DNA of 64,000 nucleotides from a virus: IMG/VR virus record IMGVR_UViG_3300044960_000113, positions 32,001 to 96,000 of that record; one strand, 5' to 3'. Shown piece by piece: positions 57,265 to 64,000 of this stretch (position 1 is its first letter; each line of letters starts with the position of its first letter). The notes under the pieces were generated by a model. It saw only the letters and a program-made list of their open reading frames with translations, ran no database searches and was not told where the DNA came from. The position numbers and the translations under genes were made by a program.

Positions 57265-58115
57265 TTATGACAACAAAAACATATGTAAAATCTGGCGGAA
57301 TATGGAGACCATCTAAAGAAATTTATGTTAAATATGGTGGTACATGGAGAACAATTGAAAAAGCGTGGCATAAAACAGCTGGTGTGTGGCAATTAGTTCA
57401 TAATAGAATTATTCAATTAAATTTGATAATATCTTCTAATACTAAAAATTATAATGTAAAAACGGCTGCTGAAGCATTGTATGGTGGACCAATTAATAGC
57501 CCAGCAATTATAACATTAACAGTAAATCCAGGAGTAATAGTTGGAAGTGTTGTAACATATACTGGTTTAAATCAAAATCAAAGAAGCCATATAGCTGGAC
57601 CAGCATTAAGTTCTGGTACGTTTTTACCAGGATCAGTTTTAAATATTTATAATTATGGATATATAGTTGGCGCAGGTGGTCAAGGTGGAACATATGCAAC
57701 TCCAACATCACCATACCAGGCTGGATTTCAAGGCGGAAATGCTATAGAAACAACTTTACCTACAAATATTTATAATTATGGAATAATTGCTGGTGGAGGT
57801 GGTGGTGGTGCTGGCGGTGATGGTGCTGGTCATAATAGTATTGGAGGAGGTGGTGGTGCTGGTGACACACCAGGTATAGGTGGATTTGGATATGGTGGAT
57901 TTTCATCATTTGGGCAATCTGGCACCTTACTTTATGGCGGTGTTGGAACACACGATCCAATTTATATATCAACTGGTGGTAATTTGGGTCAAGCAGGAAT
58001 TTATGGTGGTGGTTTTAATAGTACTGGTATAACAGGAGCTCCCGGATATTATATAGTTGGAAATTCTTATGTAACATGGGTAGTACCTGGGGATAGACGT
58101 GGATTAGTATCATAA
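57249..58115 (+). CDS. gp38-like glycine-rich tail fibre adhesin
   Basis: ITLTVNPGV, NYGYIVGAGGQGG, IIAGGGGGGAGG, GGGGGAG glycine-rich motifs as in T-even gp38. Confidence 0.65.
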   Translation: MVSILIMTTKTYVKSGGIWRPSKEIYVKYGGTWRTIEKAWHKTAGVWQLVHNRIIQLNLIISSNTKNYNVKTAAEALYGGPINSPAIITLTVNPGVIVGSVVTYTGLNQNQRSHIAGPALSSGTFLPGSVLNIYNYGYIVGAGGQGGTYATPTSPYQAGFQGGNAIETTLPTNIYNYGIIAGGGGGGAGGDGAGHNSIGGGGGAGDTPGIGGFGYGGFSSFGQSGTLLYGGVGTHDPIYISTGGNLGQAGIYGGGFNSTGITGAPGYYIVGNSYVTWVVPGDRRGLVS

Positions 58116-58132
58116 TAAATGGAGAATAAAAT

Positions 58133-58930
58133 ATGAGCATAATATTAACATGGAATAATATTGGAACATTTAAAAAGAATAATGATAATAATGTTTATAC
58201 TTTTTATAAAAAACCAGAATTATCATTTAATTATGATGTTCTATTATATGAACCAGAATTTTTAAATTCGTTTTTAATTTATAACAATGAACAAATTAAT
58301 CTCACAGATCAACAAATATTAGAAATAGAAAATTTTGTAACAAATTATGATTTGACATTAAAACATTGTATTAATGAATTTGGTGTTTATGTCGGTCAAC
58401 ATCCCGATTTAGGTAATTTTACTATAGTGCCTTCAGCACCTCCAACATCTGAAAATTGGGTATATATAAATGATACATGGGTATATGTACATGGTGTTGA
58501 TGCAACTGGTCACTATATGGGTAATGTCCCAGCACAATTATGTCATACTATAGCAACATCTGCACCATCAGGATTTTTGACATTATGGGATGATACCAAT
58601 AAAGTATGGTTAGATGAAAGAACAGAAGAACAAAAACGTATAGATAATTTAAGAGCTATTAATGCTCAAAGGGATATTGCTTTATCAAACGGTTTTATGT
58701 ATAATGGAAATATATTTCATTGTGATCCAATATTTCAATTACAAGTACAAGCATACTTATTAGCATGGAGAGAGGGTATTCTTTCAGACACGTCTACTGT
58801 TCCTATTAGACGTAAAGATAATGTTATTATACAAATGACAAAAACTGAAGTTTTAGATTTGGCTACTGCATTAATGGCCCATGTTCAAGGAGTTTATATG
58901 CAATCTTGGGCAGCAAAAGATGCTTTATAA
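58133..58930 (+). CDS. Tail fibre assembly protein, DUF4376 type
   Basis: C-terminal QRDIALSNGFMYNGNIFHCD...RRKDN...MTKTE. Confidence 0.7.
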   Translation: MSIILTWNNIGTFKKNNDNNVYTFYKKPELSFNYDVLLYEPEFLNSFLIYNNEQINLTDQQILEIENFVTNYDLTLKHCINEFGVYVGQHPDLGNFTIVPSAPPTSENWVYINDTWVYVHGVDATGHYMGNVPAQLCHTIATSAPSGFLTLWDDTNKVWLDERTEEQKRIDNLRAINAQRDIALSNGFMYNGNIFHCDPIFQLQVQAYLLAWREGILSDTSTVPIRRKDNVIIQMTKTEVLDLATALMAHVQGVYMQSWAAKDAL

Positions 58931-59004
58931 AAAATAACATGTTTATATTAAAAATTATAAATATACTTAATAACATACCTAACAATATTGAGGAGATAAT
59001 CTAA

Positions 59005-62000
59005 ATGTTAATAGACGGCGTAAATTTAGTAGAAGGATCAAAAATAGTAAATCTTACAGTTGATTCTGGATCTACTTTTCCTTCATCACCATCATTAGGT
59101 GAATTATTTTATAAAACCACTGATAACAAATTATATGTATATGATGGATCATCATGGGTTGTAACTGGTGTTGATCCGGCATATCCTTCAAATGAAATAG
59201 TATTTGGAACAGGAACATCTATATCAAGTGATCCAAAATTTACATATGATCCTACAACTGGTCAATTATCATTAACGCAGGATACATTAAATACTCCAGG
59301 AGGAGTAGATATATCTGGTATGCAACCTAGTGGATCAGGTAATGGTGGTCCAGTAACAATAAAAGGTGGAGATGCTAATTCAAATGGTAATGGTGGCAAT
59401 TTAACTTTATCAGGTGGTGCGGCAGGTCAATCATCAGGAAATTTTGGAGGTTATGTTTATATTACTAGTGGGACAGGTGACAATGGTGGAAATGGCGGTA
59501 TGAGTGGTTCTATCGATATCAGAACCTCTGATGGAGACTCAAATAATGGTTCTAGTGGTAATATTCAACTTACTACTGGTAATGCATATGGTATAGGAAT
59601 CCCTGGAAATATAGAACTATGGTTAGGAAGTACAGAAAATGGATCGATGGGTGGTCAATTTATAGTTCATGCTGGTGATGGTTTAACCGGTGGAGACATA
59701 ATTTTAAATTCTGGCGGATGTAGTGTTGATAATGGTAATGGCGGTAACATCACTATTGAAGCTCAATATGGTTCAGGATCTGGAAATGGTGGAGATATAT
59801 TTATACTAGGTGGTAGAAGTGGTGATGTTGGTGGTATAGGTGGTTCTATTAATATTAATGCCGGTTCTGGCGATGATTATGGTGGAGGTGTTGGAAATGG
59901 TGGAAGTGTACTAATTACTAGTGGAAATGGTGGTACAATTTCAGGTAATGCCGGATATATATCAATAACAGCTGGTTCTGGTGTAAATGATAACGGTTAT
60001 GGTGGAGATATACTAATAACAGCTGGTAGTGGTGGACCAGTTACTGGCATGGGTGGAACTATTCAAATTACATCTGGACCATCAAATGAAGGACCATCAG
60101 GTGTTGGTAAAATATTATTTTATACTGGTAGTAATAATTCAGCACAAGTTGAAAGCGATGGAATGTATGGTGTATGGAAATTTGAAGTAAACCCATATGT
60201 TAATAATCCATCAGTAACTGATAATAATCAATTAATAACAAATGGTTATGCTGATTCGACATATGTTAATGTTTCTGGTGATTCAATGGATTCAGCAGCA
60301 AACTTAATATTCTCTGGTGGTGGTGAAGTCAAAGGTTTACCAACAACACCATCTAGTGCAACAGCAGCAGCTTCTAAAGCATATGTTGATAACTTGGTTT
60401 CTTCATCAACAACATGGAGAGATCCAGTTGAATGCCCAAGCTTTATCGATATTGTTTCTGCAATTCCTGGCTCACCAGTTACCCATGGATCATATATTAA
60501 ATATGGTGGAACACAAAATGAAACATGGGGTACATTAACCAATGTTGTTAACAATGACATATTAGAATATACTGGTACAGATTGGGTAAGATTGGGGTCA
60601 TTAACAGCGGGTGATAGATTTTTAGTTGCTGTTGAACGTGGCCCAATGGGTTCAGGTGCATATGCTGCAGACATGAGAGCTAAAGATTTAGTTGAATATG
60701 TTGGTGGTGCTGCTAATTTAGCTTCAAGTTGGATTAAACCTTATAATACAAACGTTCAGGGAGTATTGTTTAGTACAACCAAAACTGGATCTTCAGCAAC
60801 TGGTTTAGCAAATAATGGAACAGTTTATAATGCAACAATTAAAGTAAATACTACATCATATTCAATTACTGTGACTGGTTCAGCAGCACAAACATTTACT
60901 AATTTGATATCTGAAATTAATGCTGATTTAACTGGCGCAACAGCATCTATTGTTGACGGACATATTCATATTACTGGTGCAAATTCAACTGATACAATAT
61001 TAATTAGTAATGGTTCACCAAATAATTTATGGTCAGCATTAACAGATTTTACTGAAATTCGTGGTACTGTCACAAATGGAACAACTGTTTTAGTACATAA
61101 TCCAAGTTGTTATGAATTTGGACATACATACTTATATACATTAACAAATCATGATTGGACAGAAATTGCTGGTCCAGGTTCAATTAGTGCTGGTGTTGGT
61201 TTAGAATATGATGGTAATGTGCTTAATATTAACTTAGGTGCTGGTATTAAAGAACTTCCAACAGACGAAGTTGGTCTAGATTTATATCCTAGTTCAGGAT
61301 TAATGTTAACAACAGATGGTACTAATCCATCAACAAGTACTAATGCACAATTATCATTAACAAAAACAGGTGTTTCATCTGGTACATATAAATCTGTAAC
61401 AGTAGATGTGTATGGTCGTGTAACAGCAGGTTCTAATCCAACAACATTAGCTGGTTATGGAATAACTGATGCACAACCACTTGATGATGACTTAACAGCA
61501 ATAGCTGGATTAACTGGAACTGGTATTGCACGCAGAACTGGAACAAATACTTGGTCAGTTGGTTCATCAGTTAATTTAGCAAGTGAAGTAACTGGTAATT
61601 TACCAGTTGTAAATTTAAATTCTGGAACAAATGCATCTTCTTCAACGTATTGGAGAGGAGATGGAACATGGGTTAACCCACTTAATAATCCAACATTTAC
61701 AGGTATTACTAGAGTATCTGTTACAACAGGTATATCAGCTGCTGGTTCAACACAAGGTACTGCTACAGCATTAACAACGCAGGTTAATGTTGTGACTTCT
61801 ATAACTGGTGGATCAGCTGATGGTGTTAAACTACCAACTGCTGTTGCTGGAATGGTCATAACTATAATAAATGCACATGCATCAGCAACATTAAAAGTAT
61901 ATCCTGACACTGGTGGAGTAATTGATTCATTATCTACTAATGCTGCATTTCCATTAGGAGCAGGAGCAAAATTACAATTTGTGGCAACATCAAGTACACA

Positions 62001-62031
62001 ATGGTATACTTTAACCGCTGTTTATGCGTAA
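59005..62031 (+). CDS. Large glycine-rich tail fibre/virion protein
   Basis: FPSSPSLGELFYKT, repeated GG-x-I-x-I-x-(A/S)G-x-G segments, AASKAYVD, GTYKSVTVDVYGRVTAG, TLAGYGITDA. Confidence 0.75.
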   Translation: MLIDGVNLVEGSKIVNLTVDSGSTFPSSPSLGELFYKTTDNKLYVYDGSSWVVTGVDPAYPSNEIVFGTGTSISSDPKFTYDPTTGQLSLTQDTLNTPGGVDISGMQPSGSGNGGPVTIKGGDANSNGNGGNLTLSGGAAGQSSGNFGGYVYITSGTGDNGGNGGMSGSIDIRTSDGDSNNGSSGNIQLTTGNAYGIGIPGNIELWLGSTENGSMGGQFIVHAGDGLTGGDIILNSGGCSVDNGNGGNITIEAQYGSGSGNGGDIFILGGRSGDVGGIGGSININAGSGDDYGGGVGNGGSVLITSGNGGTISGNAGYISITAGSGVNDNGYGGDILITAGSGGPVTGMGGTIQITSGPSNEGPSGVGKILFYTGSNNSAQVESDGMYGVWKFEVNPYVNNPSVTDNNQLITNGYADSTYVNVSGDSMDSAANLIFSGGGEVKGLPTTPSSATAAASKAYVDNLVSSSTTWRDPVECPSFIDIVSAIPGSPVTHGSYIKYGGTQNETWGTLTNVVNNDILEYTGTDWVRLGSLTAGDRFLVAVERGPMGSGAYAADMRAKDLVEYVGGAANLASSWIKPYNTNVQGVLFSTTKTGSSATGLANNGTVYNATIKVNTTSYSITVTGSAAQTFTNLISEINADLTGATASIVDGHIHITGANSTDTILISNGSPNNLWSALTDFTEIRGTVTNGTTVLVHNPSCYEFGHTYLYTLTNHDWTEIAGPGSISAGVGLEYDGNVLNINLGAGIKELPTDEVGLDLYPSSGLMLTTDGTNPSTSTNAQLSLTKTGVSSGTYKSVTVDVYGRVTAGSNPTTLAGYGITDAQPLDDDLTAIAGLTGTGIARRTGTNTWSVGSSVNLASEVTGNLPVVNLNSGTNASSSTYWRGDGTWVNPLNNPTFTGITRVSVTTGISAAGSTQGTATALTTQVNVVTSITGGSADGVKLPTAVAGMVITIINAHASATLKVYPDTGGVIDSLSTNAAFPLGAGAKLQFVATSSTQWYTLTAVYA

Positions 62032-62053
62032 TTGTATATAAGGAGATAATAAT

Positions 62054-63034
62054 ATGACTTACGCAAGAGGTTCAAAAGTATTACCATCAGATTATGATAA
62101 TTTTACAGGTGGTCAAGATCCAACTGTAGCATTTGCATCATCTGCAGCAGCAACAAATAAAGCTTCTGCTTTATTTGGTGTTGGTTATGGAGATAGGGGA
62201 TATGGACAAACTGGTATATCAATATCAGCCAAATCATCTGGAACTAAAGTATTAGCAAGTGATTGGGCAAATTTAAGAAGTATGATTAATATATGTGCGT
62301 TACATCAAGGAACAGCTACAACACTTTTACCACCAGCACCATCAACAGGTAATTCTTTAGTAGCACATGAACAAGATGCACCATCTTTAAATGCATATGA
62401 TTATCAAGACATGTTAGCTAATATTGATGCTAATAGATTCAATACAAATAATGGTGCATCGATGACATTAACAGCAAATGCATTAACAATTACGCGTTCA
62501 ACAACATGGTCAACAAATATATATTGTAGTGCAATTTATAATTTTGTAACAGAAGATCAAGCTAGATATTTTTTTAATTCTGGTGGTGAAATACGTGTTA
62601 CACTAAGTCAAACAACACAATCTAATTCTCAATCTATAAATTGGGGTACAGTATTTTCAAATATAGGAACAGTAGCAATAAAAGCAAATACAACAACAAG
62701 AAGTGGAACAATTGGTATACCACAAAATTCTGGTTATTATCAACAAATATTAAATACATATGTGATGGTTTTTAATGGAACTAATATAGGAACAGGAGCA
62801 TATTCTTCAAATGATGTCTATATATATACATATGGTCTTGATTCACCTGGACCAAATGGAGGAAAAGGTTATAGAGTTTTGGTACAAATAAATTTACAAG
62901 ATCAACATACAGGTCCATCTGACATTGTTAATGTTGGTACAACAGCAACATTTGGATTCTTAAAAGCTACATCTCCATTAAGTGGAATTGTGACACCAAC
63001 AGTTACTCAGAATGTACCGTGGACTGTATTTTAA
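62054..63034 (+). CDS. Virion structural protein
   Basis: GYGQ...ASDWANL...LHQG, shared with the 1..645 ORF; ARYFFNSGGEI. Confidence 0.65.
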   Translation: MTYARGSKVLPSDYDNFTGGQDPTVAFASSAAATNKASALFGVGYGDRGYGQTGISISAKSSGTKVLASDWANLRSMINICALHQGTATTLLPPAPSTGNSLVAHEQDAPSLNAYDYQDMLANIDANRFNTNNGASMTLTANALTITRSTTWSTNIYCSAIYNFVTEDQARYFFNSGGEIRVTLSQTTQSNSQSINWGTVFSNIGTVAIKANTTTRSGTIGIPQNSGYYQQILNTYVMVFNGTNIGTGAYSSNDVYIYTYGLDSPGPNGGKGYRVLVQINLQDQHTGPSDIVNVGTTATFGFLKATSPLSGIVTPTVTQNVPWTVF

Positions 63035-63441
63035 TTGATTAAATATTGTTTATTTGTATAAACTGAAAATTCTTCAGTTATTGCCCATTTTTTAGTTTTT
63101 ATTATATCAAATAATATTGTTGGATCTTTTTTCTTTGTTATAAAAAGTGTTATTAATTTATTAGTTTTACCAATATTTTTTATTTCTATAAGATCTAATG
63201 TATTTATTCTAATTATATGTGCATCTTTTTTATTTGACAATATTAACCTATTATTATCATCAATTATTATTTTCCATTCATTAATAGACGTTTCACCTAA
63301 AAGTATACTTTTAGCTATAGGGTCAAAAGGTATTTCGAAACTTTTAATGTTTTCACGGTTTAAATCACATATTTTATTGGGCCCAATCTGTAATATTTCA
63401 AATGTTATTTCATCATAATGACAATAAAATTTTTTATCCAC
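63031..63441 (-). CDS. Hypothetical protein
   Basis: ORF track. Confidence 0.55.
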   Translation of the reverse strand: MDKKFYCHYDEITFEILQIGPNKICDLNRENIKSFEIPFDPIAKSILLGETSINEWKIIIDDNNRLILSNKKDAHIIRINTLDLIEIKNIGKTNKLITLFITKKKDPTILFDIIKTKKWAITEEFSVYTNKQYLIN

Positions 63442-64000
63442 GATCTAATTTAACCTCATATCCCCATAATTGTTTAAGATAATTTAATGTTTTTCCTGTA
63501 TAATCTTCATTAAGTGGTCTGCCTCTAAATGGAAAATATTTTAAATATAATGTTCTATCACCGATTTTATCATGACCAACAATTTGAATGTTTGGTACAT
63601 AATTAATTCTATTATATGACTCAGATAAATGATTTCTTATTCTTTCATAACCAATTTCATCATGAATTTCTTCTACAAAAAATGCATCGCCTTTTTCATC
63701 ATATTCAATTTCAAATAATTTAAAATCTCTTATAACTTTTGGTGATAACCACTGTTGAATAAATGAATCATCTTTATAATTAGATGCTGCATCTTTAACA
63801 ACATCTTGCCATCTTTGTCCTATTATATTTGGGAACCATTTTTTATCTTCTTCTGTTGGTGATTCACATATTCTTTTTAAATCTCTAAATATAGCAAAAC
63901 CTAATGCATATGGATTTAATCCAGAATACCAAGGTTTCCAATATTCTGGTTGATATATAACATTAGTGTGTGAAATTAAAAAACTTTGCATTGTACCATC
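63434..64000 (-). CDS. spoVR: SpoVR/YcgB-family protein, C-terminal part (runs off the right edge)
   Basis: SHTNVIYQP...YSGLNPYALGF..F.D.KRICESPTEEDK.WFP, KDDSFI.Q.LSPKV.RDF, LWGYEV; frame open to base 64000. Confidence 0.9.
   Translation of the reverse strand, partial: DGTMQSFLISHTNVIYQPEYWKPWYSGLNPYALGFAIFRDLKRICESPTEEDKKWFPNIIGQRWQDVVKDAASNYKDDSFIQQWLSPKVIRDFKLFEIEYDEKGDAFFVEEIHDEIGYERIRNHLSESYNRINYVPNIQIVGHDKIGDRTLYLKYFPFRGRPLNEDYTGKTLNYLKQLWGYEVKLDRG

Noticed and set aside
18774-61910. Long antisense ORFs such as 18774-19520, 31428-31787, 37154-37564, 41847-42296, 60246-60674 and 61455-61910
   Set aside because: They lie fully opposite well-supported genes and reflect codon bias or low complexity.
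1-64000. tRNA/rRNA genes, integrase or transposase
   Set aside because: No cloverleaf, rRNA-like or recombinase/transposase motifs recognised by eye; a tRNAscan-SE run would be needed to fully exclude tRNAs.
1-64000. Eukaryotic giant virus or bacterial chromosome origin
   Set aside because: Shine-Dalgarno sites, ATGA coupling, T4-type gp42/BGT/Rnl1/gp39/gp52, tail fibre genes and T4-like promoters indicate a bacteriophage.
1-64000. Isolated TATAAATA or WATCAANNNNTTR matches inside coding regions
   Set aside because: Expected by chance at this AT content; only clustered or gene-proximal copies were reported.

Overview
Very AT-rich 64-kb segment of a large lytic T4-like (jumbo-type) myovirus, read in genetic code 11 and mostly encoded on the minus strand. 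Host-like fabG and spoVR/ycgB, sigma70-type promoters and clustered IHF-consensus sites point to a proteobacterial host (inference). Left to right: partial virion protein and phoH; a tandem array of 12 translationally coupled leucine-rich-repeat (LRR)-like genes built from shuffled 63-bp modules, with two more paralogs at 14.8-16.2 kb; ClpP, nucleotidyltransferase, RNA ligase 1; a tail/virion module; macro domain, thyA, dut, DnaJ, Thg1, two topoisomerase II subunits, FabG, radical SAM; an early region with repeated stem-loop/IHF cassettes; a methylase-helicase cassette between perfect 45-bp direct repeats; a DNA hypermodification cluster (gp42-like dCMP hydroxymethylase, beta-glucosyltransferase homolog, CofD-HAD fusion, NTP transferase, two NMP kinases); a plus-strand tail fibre module; and a partial SpoVR. 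Best candidates for an undescribed system: (1) the combinatorial LRR array, whose products carry a T4-like capsid-targeting/prohead-protease leader and sit under a late promoter, suggesting a packaged and injected library of diversified binders; (2) the CofD-HAD/NTP-transferase/BGT cytosine hypermodification pathway. All family calls are from motif recognition by eye; no database searches were run.
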